Source of the DNA: Stegostoma tigrinum
Lineage: Eukaryota
NCBI RefSeq assembly: GCF_030684315.1
Contig: NC_081373.1
Coordinates: 52,686,864 to 52,750,863 of the forward strand
DNA: 64,000 bases
Direction: 5' to 3'
The notes under the pieces were generated by a model. That model was not told the DNA's origin, ran no database searches, and worked only from the letters and a program-made list of their open reading frames with translations. This document shows positions 12,761-24,645 of this stretch, in pieces. Each line of letters starts with the position of its first letter. The first letter of the stretch is position 1. The translations under genes were made by a program, and so were the position numbers.

Positions 12761-13040
12761 TATGTCACAGATGTGTTATAAAGTGTAGCACATATAGAAC
12801 TTTAAAATATCTACAAGCAAACTTTTTATTAACTTGCACCTATGGAACCAGGAGTGTGACAGCTGATCAAATATTCAAGAAGTCCACATAATCAATGTGA
12901 AAACACACAGTAAATAATAGAAACGCAAAGCAGTGGGGTATACATATCACTGTTATACTTTATTTACAGCAAATATCACTTAAGTAAAACTTATCTCACT
13001 TCCACCCTCAACTGACTACTTGGACATCATGGAGATTGTG

Positions 13041-13128
13041 CTTCTAAGATGCTGCTTGGCCTGCTGTGTTCATCCTGCTCTATACTTTGTTATCTCAGAT
13101 TCTCCAGCATCTGCAGTTCCCATTATCT
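13041..13128 (+). mobile_element. Penelope terminal-repeat fragment
   Basis: GATGCTGCTTGGCCTGCTGTGTTCATCC...CAGTTCCCATTATCT; TSD CA(T/C)GGAGATTGTG (13028-13040, 13129-13141). Confidence 0.85.
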
Positions 13129-13152
13129 CACGGAGATTGTGATTGACGTGAT

Positions 13153-13234
13153 TGTAATGAAGTCAGCCAAGTAAACCTCATAGAATATGAGTTCCCTGAT
13201 TAGGGCTGTTACTGGTATCTATGGAATTATTTCA
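13153..13234 (+). mobile_element. Internally deleted solo LTR
   Basis: TGTAATGAAGTCAGCC...ATTATTTCA with TG..CA ends, flanked by a 5-bp direct repeat GTGAT. Confidence 0.6.
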
Positions 13235-13614
13235 GTGATAGCACAGTAAACATCCAGTATTTCAGGTATGTAATTTTTGCCAGTTTATTGAGAGTGCTGG
13301 TTGAAACAAAGTTTGTTCGACTCCAACTTTCAGCTCTGGCTTCCAGCTCTATCTAAAGGTATTTTTATTTTCTCAGATCTCACATCCAGACCTAGCGAAG
13401 CAAGCACAATGAGCATCAATTGTAAACACACTCAAACAATCAAACACACAACAATTCAACACGCTATAATTCAAAACACAGTCCAGCACCTGTAATAAGT
13501 TGTGGGTTCATTAGAAAGATGATGTACAGAGGTCAGTTCATTCTCCACTCAGGTGCAGCAATATTCATGAGTCTTATTTCAGTGGAATACCCCACGCTTG
13601 GGATGTTCTACTTC

Positions 13615-13960
13615 CCACAACAACTTGGATTTTTTTAGCACCTTTAAAATGCTCAAAGGTGCTTATCAAGAGGGTTATCAAAGACAGTCTGATTCTGATC
13701 TGCACAATGGAATGTCGGACAGGATTTTTAAGAGATATCTTAATGGGGAAGACAGAGATGGAAAGCTTTAGGGAGGGAATTCCATAGCTTTAGGCCCAGG
13801 CAGGTGAAGGCACAGCCAGCAATGGTGAAGGAGCGCAAATTGGGCATATGCAAAAGACAAGAATTAGAAGAGTGCAGAGAGAAAACACAATTGTATGATT
13901 GCAGGTTGCAGAGATAGAAAGGCAATGCCATGGAGGAATGAGTTCAACTTAAAGAGAATA
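13615..13960 (-). mobile_element. L2 LINE 3' end
   Basis: SFTIAGCAFTCLGLKLWNSLPK (L2 C-terminal AF...P.LWNSLP motif); tail GGTGCTAAAAAAATCCAAGTTGTTG. Confidence 0.75.
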
Positions 13961-14489
13961 AAAGATCAAAGGCCACCCAGGAGTAGATTGGAATAAAAGC
14001 GTGAGTGAGCAAACACGCTTGTAGCTGCTTATATTGTGGCACACAGCAGCTGAGCGGGGTAGTATCTGAATCATCTACAGTTTGATGCCAACCCATTTTT
14101 ATACTCCAGTTTTGCCTGGCTATCTTTGGTTCCAAGTTATTCAAGTTAAATATGTTCTCACCCCAAATATTAAAGATTTCTCATTGTTTCTCTCCAGATC
14201 TAATCCAAACATTATGATAATCGTTCCCTAAATTTTCTGACATTTGACCCCCTTCATTTCAAAATGCCAGATTCAGTAATTCCTTCTTTGTTGGGCTGGA
14301 AATGTACTGATGAAGAAAGTTGTCTTTGCCCATTACACTATTACTTCCACAGTCTGTGGATAGATTCCCACCGAGGCTCCTCATTAAAACCTCACTTTAG
14401 TTTTTTGCAAAACCCTGTGTGTAATTTTCCTGCAACGTAGCTCCTCTATATCTTTCCAACGAATTGGTATTCTAATCAATACACATAGT

Positions 14490-14765
14490 TCATTTTTAAG
14501 GTGAGAGGAGAGAGATTTAACAAACACATGAGGGACAGATGAGTTACAGAGAGGGTGGTTCGCATGTGGAATAAACTCCCGGAGGAAGTGGTGATTGTGG
14601 GCACAGTTACAACATTTAAAAGACACTTCGATAAGCACATGAATAGGAAAGGTTTGGAGGGATATGGGCCAAGGGTGAGCAGGTGGGTTTAGTTTAGTTT
14701 AGAATTATGTTGGCATGGACTGGTTGGACCGTAGGATCGGTTTCTGAGCTGTTTGACTCTATAAC
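14490..14765 (+). mobile_element. CR1 LINE 3' end
   Basis: FKVRGERF...QRVV...W...LPEEVV...TTFKRH-DKHMN, then 3'UTR. Confidence 0.85.
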
Positions 14766-14796
14766 TGTAATGGTAACTTGAACCAGTCTAGGACAT

Positions 14797-14875
14797 TCTC
14801 TCTCTCTCTCGCTCTCTCTCTCTCTGTCTTTTTTCCCTCTCTCTCTTTCCCTCTCTGCCTTTCTCTCTTTCTCTG
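14797..14875 (+). repeat. (CT)n-rich microsatellite
   Basis: Visible CT dinucleotide and polypyrimidine run. Confidence 0.85.
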
Positions 14876-15079
14876 AACACTTGGTGCCACTATCCATCCT
14901 CCATTTTCTTCCCTATCTTTCCTCAACACCTTAGCTTCAGGAAAATTTTGTGGCCAGCCCAACTATTTTCAAATAGGACTGCATTAACATCTACAGCTCA
15001 GCAACCTCATTTACCACATTGTGTTCACCGTGAACCCGATGGGGACTTTATTCAATTCATAATCTAGTTTTGGCCTAAA

Positions 15080-15345
15080 CGGAGACAGTGGCATCATGGT
15101 AATCACATTGGGCTAATGGTCCAGACTAATGCTTTGGGAACACAGGTCCAATTTAAATTTAATTAATTAATTAATTAAAATCTGGCATTCGATATTAGAT
15201 TCACTAACATCCTTTAGGGAAGTAAATGTGGTTTCCACACTTGGTGTGGCAAATATTTGAATGCAGACTGACACCAATGTAATTGACCCTTATATTCAAG
15301 GACTGTTAAACAACAATGCTGAGCTTGCCATTGATGCTCATACTG
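15080..15345 (+). mobile_element. Second-family SINE, decayed
   Basis: GGAGACAGTGGCATCATGGTAAT...TCACTAACATCCTTTAGGGAAG resembles the 8044 copy. Confidence 0.55.
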
Positions 15346-15825
15346 CATTCTGGTTCACAGTCAGTACTCCTTTGAGAGACGTGTTCTTGAAATCATCACT
15401 GCATTATAGCATGGTACCTGAGTGTTTAAAAGCCTCATTCTCCATTTTACCCAGGGATCACTTGAAGCATGACACACCACTGGAAGCCTGCAGCTTTATT
15501 GTAATGTAGCCTAATAGTTTCATATGTGCACAAACGCAGTAATGTAATGCGGTATATAATGAATATCTGATAGATTCTTCAATACTGCAATATGCATAGA
15601 CAGCCTCTGATGTTATGGGGGATAACATTAGCATTGCTGCATCAGGCAAACTATCCTGCTGGAGGTATGTTTACATCACATATCTCACAAACAAAAAAAA
15701 TTACCTTAATGGACCATGTACTACCTGTTTCTTCTGATCTTTTATGAGCTTCATTTGCCCTTCCTGTGGAGACACCCTTTTCACCATCAGCCTGGTAAAT
15801 TGGTTTAATCCCTTCCTAACAGCAT

Positions 15826-16180
15826 GAATCATGGAATCATAGAACCCCTATGTGTGGAAGCAGGCCATTCAGCCCATTGAGTCTACACCAACCATCTGAA
15901 GAGCATCGCACCCAAACCCACCCTATGCATGTAGCTTGGCATTTCCCATGGCTAATCCACACAGCCAGGACTTCTTTGGACAGTATGGACAATTTAGCAT
16001 GGCCAATCCACCTAAGCGAATCTTTGGACTGTGGGAGGAAACCGGAGCACCTGGAGGAAACCTACACAGACACAGGGAGAAGGTGCAAACTTAATACAGC
16101 CAGCCACCTGAGGGCAGAATCGAATCCAGGTCCCTGGTGCTGTGTGGCAGCAGTGTTAACCGCTGAGTCACTGTGCCACG
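15826..16180 (-). mobile_element. HE1-type SINE
   Basis: Reverse tail, TTTGGACTGTGGGAGGAAACCGGAGCACC, and reverse tRNA head. Confidence 0.9.
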
Positions 16181-17594
16181 TAAGCCAACCTTCTCAATAG
16201 GGTGCTGATTCCTCTTGGGTTTGGGAGCAATCTGTCTTGCTATTACAGGTCCCATCTCTCCCAGAACCAATGCCACATCCCAGGAGGAAGTTAAGTCCTC
16301 TTCCCCGTATGACCTCTTAGTCACAAATTTATCTGCTCTTTTAGGCTGGTGTCAGCAGCAGTGAGAATAATAACAGAGGTAGTGAACCGAAAGAAGTAAC
16401 TCGAGGTAGCAAATCCACCATACAGTTAAACAACAGAGAAAAATGGGCTCACTGCAGCTTTCCTTTTATAAGCATAGTCAGTGCAAAATTACAGAAGGTA
16501 TCAGTGCTTTCCATTGAATTTCCAACAGGTATTTACTCCAGATAAGCTTGGTAAAAAAAAAGTAATATTCAGAGCTATAAGGAAAAAGTCTGTCTTCTTT
16601 AGAAATGCATTAAAATTGTAACTGAAAAATGCATTCAGCATGTTGCTGACAAAATTGGTACTTATGCAAATCACCTCACAGCAGCATGTATCATAATGTG
16701 TGCAAATGACAGTTCTATAAAGCTAAAGATTCAGTTCTCTAAGTGTAGCATTCATCTTCTTCCCTGGCCTCAACAATGCGAGTCTCCATTCCATTATATC
16801 AACCTCTGCTTGAGGTCAAGACTTAACTAAAGAGTTATACATTTGACACTGAATTATTTTTGTTTTGTTTCTCAAAGGTTTATGGATACTAAAGATAATA
16901 CAGTTATTACTGAGCGGCTCTAATGAGCTAATTTGACATTTTTACACCTAAATGGTCATTGATGTAATTATAATTGTGATAGTGATAGATTTTATGGCAC
17001 TACATGATAAATAAAATGGGCACTGTTATATACTGGAGTAATTTTCCATCGTTCCAGAAGAGCTTCCTACTATTAACATTAACTCACTGCGCACTTTCTT
17101 TACACCTCTTTATTCAGAGTGGGATTGATGCTCTTGAACTTCTTGACTGATGAGTTTCCTGTCTGCAACTGTAGTTTGTGGGTAATGTTTCATAACAAGA
17201 AATGCAAACGTTCCCATTTTTCAGTGATTTTCTTTGTACCTTTCAACTCAATCAATTGTGAGCTATTGCTGAATGTCCATTGCACTGAATGACAGGGCTT
17301 GTAGGAGAGGAATAAGTGATTCATCAGGCTTACACAACTGCCCTGCCCTACACACTTCCATGTGACCTTTTGGTTTACTTGCAGGGATAAAATGTCCAAA
17401 GATTAAAATATCCATTTTTTTTTGATGACAGTGATACCCATCGCACAAACTAGAAAACCCATTGTAGGATGTGGTCATAGCACTTTTTATCAAATCTGAT
17501 GAAACTCAGATACTTGCAGGCCACCAAAGTGGCTGGAATTGTAAGTGCGCAGTGAGCAGTTACTAACACCTCATCAAAGATCCAATTATCTTAG

Positions 17595-17711
17595 AGATAA
17601 TGGGAACTGCAGATGCTGGAGAATTCTAAGATAATGAAATGTGAGGCTGGATGAACACAGCAGGCCAAGCAGCATCTCAGGAGCACAAAAGCTGACGTTT
17701 CGGGCCTAGAC
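17595..17711 (-). mobile_element. Penelope terminal-repeat fragment truncated inside the hammerhead
   Basis: Perfect 13-bp TSD CCAATTATCTTAG (17582-17594, 17712-17724); minus strand begins in GGTCTAGGCCCGAAACGTC. Confidence 0.9.
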
Positions 17712-18529
17712 CCAATTATCTTAGTCTTGGCAAGCTTGAAATCATTTGGAGGTTAGTTACATGCTTGCACCAAGATTTTAACAATTAAATGCTACATCCA
17801 AGCAGCATCTCATTTACTGGAAAGCAACTTAATCCATTTTAGAAATTGGGAAAGTGAGGGTTAAAAGAAGAGCAGGAAGAAAAGATAAAGAGAAATAGAG
17901 ATAACTATTGAGGAGATGCCCTATAGTCACACAGGGTGCTCCTTTTACATGGAATAACCAATCCTTAAATTCAACCCACTCCTTCAAATTAAATTAATGT
18001 GCTCAATGAATGCAGGGCATTTTAAGAAAGCACTGTTATTTATTAATCAGTGTGGCATGGATACAAAATACAATAAGCAATAATAGTGACTGGAAGTCTT
18101 TAGCAGAGGTTTTACCTAATTTAAAAACATTTTGTTGACAACAGCATAATTATATCCTTGTCCCATGGAGATGCAAGATGAAAATTTCACTGGATAAATG
18201 TTGGGAACTTGGCACTAAATAATAAGCACATATGTGCACAAACACACACAGACAGAGATATATGAGATTCCTCTACTGACACTGAGACAGGGCATTCTGC
18301 ATTTACATTGGGGGACTGTAATTTTCTTCAGTTTCAATGAAGCAAACCTACATCATAAAAGGAATCATCAACTGACAATGCAATGGACAGAGTATAGAAA
18401 ATATTGTTGACGCAAGCTATTAAACTTCACTTGAAAACAAGTGGAGCTTGTTAATAGATTCAGGTTTTCAAATCACTTTCATATTATGTTAATACTTACA
18501 ACTCCCAACATGTGCTTTAATTAAACACG

Positions 18530-18705
18530 AAAAACTACGGATGCTGGAGATCTGAAACAAAAGCAGAAATTGATGGAGAAATTGATGGAGAATAGGATGT
18601 CTGGTAGCATCCATGCAGAGAAAGCAAAGTTAACATTTTGGGTCCAGTGAGTTCTAAAGAAGGGTCAACCAAACTTAAAACATTGACTGTGTTCTGTCTC
18701 CACAG
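18530..18705 (-). mobile_element. Older Penelope-derived palindromic fragment
   Basis: GGATGCTGGAGATCTGAAACAAAAGCAGAAATTG... with a degenerate inverted arm TTCTAAAGAAGGGTCA...AAACATTGAC. Confidence 0.6.
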
Positions 18706-18834
18706 GGTGCTCCTTTTACATGGAGCACGGATTCTCCACGGAGTCTCTTTCAATCACAAACTCTGCTTTTTGTGTAATAAAATGTGAGGCTGGATGAACA
18801 CAGCAGGCCCAGCAGCATCTCAGGAGCACAAAAG

Positions 18835-18866
18835 CTGACGTTTCGGGCCTAGACCCTTCATCAGAG
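18835..18866 (-). ncRNA. Minimal hammerhead ribozyme motif
   Basis: Minus strand reads CT-CTGATGA-A-GGGT-CTAG-GCCC-GAAAC-GTC-AG. Confidence 0.7.
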
Positions 18867-19560
18867 AGGGGGATGGGGTGAGGGTTCTGAAATAAATAGG
18901 GAGAGGGGGGGAGGCGGACCGAAGATGGAGAGAAAAGAAGAAAAGAACATTGGGGAAACCAAGCGGAGGCTTGGGGACCGCTTTGCAGAACACCTCCGCA
19001 CGGTTCGCAATAAACAACTGCACCTTCCAGTCGCAAACCATTTCCACTCTCCCTCCCATTCTTTAGATGACATGTCCATCATGGGCCTCCTGCACTGCCA
19101 CAATGATGCCACCCGAAGGTTGCAGGAACAGCAACTCATATTCCACTTGGGAACCCTGCAGCCCAATGGTATCAATGTGGACTTCACCAGCTTCAAAATC
19201 TCCCCTTCCCCCACCGCATCCCAAAACCAGCCCAGTTCGTCCCCTCCCCCCACTGCACCACACAACCAGCCCAGCTCTTCCCCTCCAACCACTGCATCCC
19301 AAAACCAGTCCAACCTGTTTCTGCCTCCCTAACCTGTTCTTCCTCCTACCCATCCCTTCCTCCCACCCCAAGCCGCACCTCCATCTCCTACCTACTAACC
19401 TCATCCCACTTCCTTGACCTGTCCGTCTTCCCTGGATTGACCTATCCCCTCCCTACCTCCCCACCTATACTCTCCTCTCCACCTATCTTCTTTTCTCTCC
19501 ATCTTCGGTCCACCTCCCCCCCCCTCCCTATTTATTCCAGAACCCTCACCCCATCCCCCT

Positions 19561-19592
19561 CTCTGATGAAGGGTCTAGGCCCGAAACGTCAG
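19561..19592 (+). ncRNA. Minimal hammerhead ribozyme motif
   Basis: CT-CTGATGA-A-GGGT-CTAG-GCCC-GAAAC-GTC-AG; 4-bp stem II, ACGT palindromic stem III, only a 2-bp stem I. Confidence 0.7.
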
Positions 19593-20136
19593 CTTTTGTG
19601 CTCCTGAGATGCTGCTGGGCATGCTGTGTTCATCCAGCCTCACATTTTATTATCTTGGATTCTCCAGCATCTGCAGTTCCTATTATCTCTGCGTTTTGTG
19701 TGTTTGCTGCTCCCATATCTAACAGGTAACATGAGAATTTCACTTTGTTCTCTACTTCCACCAGGCTGCAACTGGAATTTTCACTGCCATATTTCACTCC
19801 CTCAATTTCACTGTTTGTAGGTAACTGTAGAGATTTCCTCGTGGTTACACAGATCGCAATGAATGTCCTTTGTTTAAGGCTTTAATGAATAGCATTATCA
19901 AAGCTTCAGTCAGCCAATCATAATGATGTATGCATTTTGAATTCCTAAGGTACATTGTGATTATGGGAGGTGAAAGACCAAAATCACAAAAGGAATCAGT
20001 CTCATTTTTTTTACATTCTTAGAATGTGGAGGTCACTACCAAGGCTAGCATTTATTATCTATTAAACAAGAAAAAAACAAAGAACCATGGATGCTGGGAA
20101 TCCAAAACAAAAACACAACTGAAGAAAGGTCACTAG

Positions 20137-21025
20137 ATTTTGATTTGATTTGATTTATTATTGTCACATGTACTGAGATACAGTGACAACCATAGTTTGT
20201 GAGTGCTATCCTGGTAAATCACATCTTACATAGGTACATCAGGGTAATGGAACAGAATGCAGAGTATAGTCTTACAACTACATGAAGGTGCAGTGACAAA
20301 TCAACGTGAATGTATGAGATCTCCATTCAAAAGTCAAATAGCAGTAGGGAAGAAGCTGTTCCTGCGCTTCAACCTGTTGGCACATGTTTTCAAACTTACG
20401 TATCTTCTGCCCGACGGAAGAGAGTGGAAGAGAGTATGAGCAGGTTGGAAGGGGACTTTGATTCTTTGATTCTGTTGGCAGCTTTCCCAAGGTAGCAGGA
20501 AGTGGAGAGGGAAATGGATGGGGATCTGGTTTTCACGATGGACTAGGCTGTGTTCACAATTCTCAGTAATTTCTTGCAGGCTTGGGGAGAGCAGTTGCCA
20601 TACTAAGTTGATATGATGTCTTCTATGATGCATTTGGAGTGGCACAATGGTTAGTACTGCTGCCTCACAGCGCCAGGGACCTGGGTCCAATTCCACCCTC
20701 AGGTGACTGTCTGTGTGCAGTTTGCACATTCTCCCCATGTCTGTGTGAGATTCCTCCCACAGTCCAAAGATGTGCAGGTTAGGTGGATTGGCCATGCTAA
20801 ATTGCCCATAGTGTGCAGGGATGTGAAGTTTAGGTGGGTTATGGGGGATGGGTCTGGGTGGGATGCTCTGAGGTTTGGAGTTGTTGGGCCAAAAGGCCTG
20901 TCTCCACACTGTAGGGGTTCTGAGAAATCTATGATGTATAAAAATTGCTCAGAGTCACTGTGGACATGCTGAATGTCCTTAGCCTTCTGACAAAGTAGAG
21001 GTGTTGGTGTGCTTTCTTGTTTGTG
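20137..21025 (-). mobile_element. Rex1/Babar-type LINE 3' end, interrupted by a HE1 SINE
   Basis: PAHTLFHSLPSGRRYVSLKTCANRL..NSFFPTAI (Rex1/Babar C-terminal motif); tail GTACATGTGACAATAATAAATCAAATCAAATC. Confidence 0.8.
20636..20927 (+). mobile_element. HE1-type SINE nested in the Rex1 LINE
   Basis: tRNA head and HE1 body; flanking repeat TCTATGATG(C/T)AT. Confidence 0.9.
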
Positions 21026-21233
21026 TCTAGATGCAAAACATTAAAGCTGGTTCCTCTCCTCAGATGCGGCCAGCGCTATCAAGCAATTCCTATTTTTGTT
21101 GTATTTATCATTCCATTACCTGGTTGACTTTGAGAAGGCAAGGTTTCTTCTTTAAACACAAATGTTCCCTCATTGCTATCAGTGAGGAATTTGAGGAGTT
21201 GGATCCTGTTATGATGACAAAATGGTTATATAT

Positions 21234-22413
21234 CTTCTGGTAATATGGCGGTACAGTAGACCCTTTGAGGCCGGGGCCCATCTGCTATTTATTTTTGTGA
21301 CCTTTTTTAATCTTAATTTCCAGTTTTATTTTGCTTAGATCTCGGTGAAGAGCTCAGACATGGTGATGGGATCGGCAGCAATGGGCCCTGGCAGCACAGA
21401 CTCGAGGGAGCCGAGCAGCACAGACTCGAAGGAGCCCCGGCAGCACAGACTCAAGGGAGCCCTGACAGCACAGACTCGAGGGAGCCCCGGCAACACGAGC
21501 TCAAGTGAAGCCAGCAGCACAGACTCAAGGGAGCCCAGCAGTGCAGACTTGAGGGAGCCCAGCAGCATGGACTTGAGCGAGCCCAGCAACATGGACTCGA
21601 GGGATCCCAGCAGCACAGACTCAAGGGAGCCCAGCAGCATGGACTTGAGCGAGCCCAGCAGCACAGACTCGAGGGAGTCCAGCAGCACAGACTCGAGTGA
21701 GCCCAGCAGCACAGACTCGAGTGAGCCCAACAGCACAGACTTGAGGGAGCCCAACAGCACAGACTTGAGGGAGCCCAGCAGTGCAGACTTGAGGGAGCCC
21801 AGCAGCACAGACTCGAGGGAGCCCAGCAGCATGGACTTGAGGAAGCCCAGCAGCACAGACTCGAGGGAGCCCAGCAGCACGGACTCGAGGGAGCCCAACA
21901 GCATGGACTTGAGGAAGCCCAGCAGCACAGACTCGAGGGAGCCCAGCAGCACGGACTCGAGTGAGCCCAGCAACACAGACTTACGGTGGTGGTGTGTTTG
22001 GGGTCCTGGCACCTTCTGTGTCATTGAAGCAGTCATAGAGCTGACTGATGGTTGCTTAAGCAGAGGAGAGTTTGAGCCCAGTACAAGACCCAGCAGCATC
22101 AGCAGCGGCTGCATCGTTCAGGTGTGCCTGAAGCAGACGCGTAGCGGTGGCAGAGCCCAGATTGGGCCCATGCGGCAATGTCCAGTGAGGACACATAGTG
22201 ACAAGGCCCATGGCAAAGCACTGAATGAGAAGGACTGTAAAGTAGAACAGTTTTTCTTTATTTCTTCATTTTTCTGCCTTTATATTCTACGTTTTGGTTT
22301 GTTTTTCTATGTTTTAAGATGGCACCGGAGAGTGGCAACTCTTTACAACACTTTTCAATGTAATTTGTAACAAGATACACATGACAACAAATAAATCAAA
22401 ACAAATGAAATCA
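21234..22413 (+). mobile_element. Non-autonomous VNTR-containing retroposon with Rex1-like tail
   Basis: Head CTTCTGGTAATATGGCGG, T-rich tract, 24-bp array, tail ACACTTTTCAATGT...CATGACAACAAATAAATCAAA; flanking ATATATCT (21228-21235, 22414-22421). Confidence 0.7.
21391..21981 (+). repeat. 24-bp minisatellite (AGCAGCACAGACTCGAGGGAGCCC)n, ~24 units
   Basis: Directly visible tandem units; explains the 341-aa and 259-aa repetitive ORFs. Confidence 0.95.
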
Positions 22414-23958
22414 ATATATCTACCCCTGGGTCAGGGCTGTGTATTTCTGCGAAGGAACTTAGAAGTAATGGTGATCCTATATGACGTGGCCATCTTGGTG
22501 GTACAGTTTATCAGGTTGAAGTTAACCTGAGCAAATTAACCAGGGGGCATAACCTGAGGTTTCTGATGCAGGATTGTACTGAATATGTTCATCATTTCAG
22601 CTTCATAAGTAAGAGAATTATTGATAAAACTGCTGTGCATTTCCCATATTTTTGGTTTTTTTTAAATGTCAGATTAAATCATTTGCAGTTTCTACCTTCA
22701 TGGTCATGGAAAGAATAGCAATCCAAATATATTTATCATATATTATCATTAATGCTGGAAATTTTCTGAGAATTTTGTCCAGAATCTTTAAATTTGCAAA
22801 TCAAGTAGTTTTCCATAGAAAATGTTGTTCTCCATGACTCATTACCATAAAAATGCCCTTCAGACATGAATCAATGCAATAAACTCATATTTTTATCACA
22901 TGACCAACGGGTAGCCAGTCAAATTAAATTGCCTTAGCCCCAGGTTGTAATAAATCCAAACATATTAGGCCATTCCAATTTTAAAATTTGAGATTACAAA
23001 GCTGTATACATCTTCAGTTGCATTTTCAAAATGCATTATCAACAATCCTGTATATCTTCATTATTAACTTGAATTTATTTCATGTCATATTTATGAAAAA
23101 TGCACAGTTTCTTTAGCAGCCTAAATGTAATATTGAAGTGTTCTTGCAAAATGGATTTGCAAAAAGTTTTTTCAAGCAAATATTGCCCCTATTTTGGTGT
23201 TTGATACAAAGAAAGGAGAAATCAACATGTGAAAGGTTGTTGCTTTTCTAAGAACAGGATTTGCTGCTTGCCGATGTGTTTTGATGAAATGCTATCAAAC
23301 TAAAAACTCTGCTCATTACTCAACTGCCTGACCCACTGAATGTTTTCCTGGAGTGTCTAGATTTGTTCTGAAGGCTTTCCAAAATGAAACATGAGTATTA
23401 ACAATGTCAGAAATTCCGTTTCTGCATACCCTTGTGTTTACCTTTATAACAGCACAACTTAATACCAGAATGAAGATGTTTAACTCGCTGCTTATGCCAG
23501 GTTCAGTCCAGGCTGGTGCTATGGACCGAGACTGAAAGAGTCCTGTACTGTTGAAGGTATCATTTTCAAGTGAGGTACTCAACCAATGCTCTTAAGTGGA
23601 TCATTTGGCATTATTTTGGAGAAGAGCCAGGGAGGTCCCCTGATAAATTTTGTGACTTTGCCAAGGTCATGTGACTAAACTATTTTGTCACTATCAAATT
23701 CCTGCTTTAGAACCTTGCAGTGGCTGTCGTATTTTCTTACAACATAGGCTGCTCTTTCTCTATGTGGTGTCTCAATGTCCAAGGATTGCTAACCATGGTT
23801 AATGCCATGGGGCAAGATAAGGAGCCAACCTCCAAAAATTGCCTTAATTGGTAGTGGAAAAACTATTGGCATTATTCTCAATCCAGCATTTAGCTAACTA
23901 ATCTAACAATTTCCCCATTAACAATAAAAATCCCTTCTTTGACAAGTCCTTCATCATC

Positions 23959-24252
23959 CAGCACTGCAGCCTCACAGCGCCATGGACCAGGGTTCAATTC
24001 CAGCCTCAGGTAACTGTCTGTGCAGAGTTCGCACATTCTCCCTGTGTCTGCGTGGGTTTCCTCCGGGTGCTTCAGTTTCCTCCCACAGTCCAAAGATGTG
24101 CAGGCTAGGTGAATCGGCCATGCTAAATTGCCTGTAGTGTTCAGGGGTGTGTGGGTTATAGGGGGATGGGTCTGGGTGGGATGATCCAAGGGGTGGTGTG
24201 GACTTAATGGGCCGACACTGTTTCCACACTGTAGGGAATCTAATCTAATCTA
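23959..24252 (+). mobile_element. HE1-type SINE (head slightly truncated)
   Basis: AGCACTGCAGCCTCACAGCGCC...GGTTCAATTCC...CACACTGTAGGGAATCTAATC. Confidence 0.92.
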
Positions 24253-24310
24253 TAATCCTTGAGACATCATAACATTCTGCACGTCTGTCTTCATATTGCT
24301 GTTGCATATG

Positions 24311-24645
24311 TAGAATCATAGATTCCCAAAAATGTGGAAGCAAACCATTTGGCCCATACCAACTCTCCAAACAGCATTACACCCAGACCCACCCCATCCC
24401 TGCACTTCCTGTGGGCTAACCCACCCATCCTGCTCAACCCTGGACACTATGGGGAATTTAGCATGGCTAATTCACCAAATCTACACATCTTTGGGCTGTG
24501 GGAGGAAACCAGAGCACTCAGAGGAAACCCATGCAGACATGGGGAGAATGTGCAAACTCCATGCAGAAAGCTGCCTGAGGCTGGAATTGACCCCAGGTCC
24601 CTGGCACTGTGAGGCAGCAGTGCCAACCACCTAAGCCATCTTTCA
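24311..24645 (-). mobile_element. HE1-type SINE
   Basis: Reverse copy lying tail-to-tail with 23959-24252. Confidence 0.9.

Larger units (their letters stand above)
18776..19686 (+). mobile_element. Penelope-like retroelement, 5'-truncated, with inverted terminal repeat and GIY-YIG C-terminus
   Basis: ORF 18925-19332 contains IGETKRRLGDRFAEHL...PVANHF...RRLQEQQLIFHLGTLQPNGIN. Inverted repeat ~18776-18941 and ~19486-19651. TSD CTCTGC(T/G)TTTTGTGT (18761-18775, 19687-19701). Confidence 0.93.

Noticed and set aside
16340-16390. Possible micro-exon TTTTAG|GCTGGTGTCAGC...AGAG|GTAGTG
   Set aside because: Weak donor, no recognisable peptide and no supporting neighbouring exons.
21335-22370. 341-aa Ser-rich (+) and 259-aa Leu-rich (-) ORFs
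   Set aside because: In-frame 24-bp minisatellite inside a retroposon, open on both strands.
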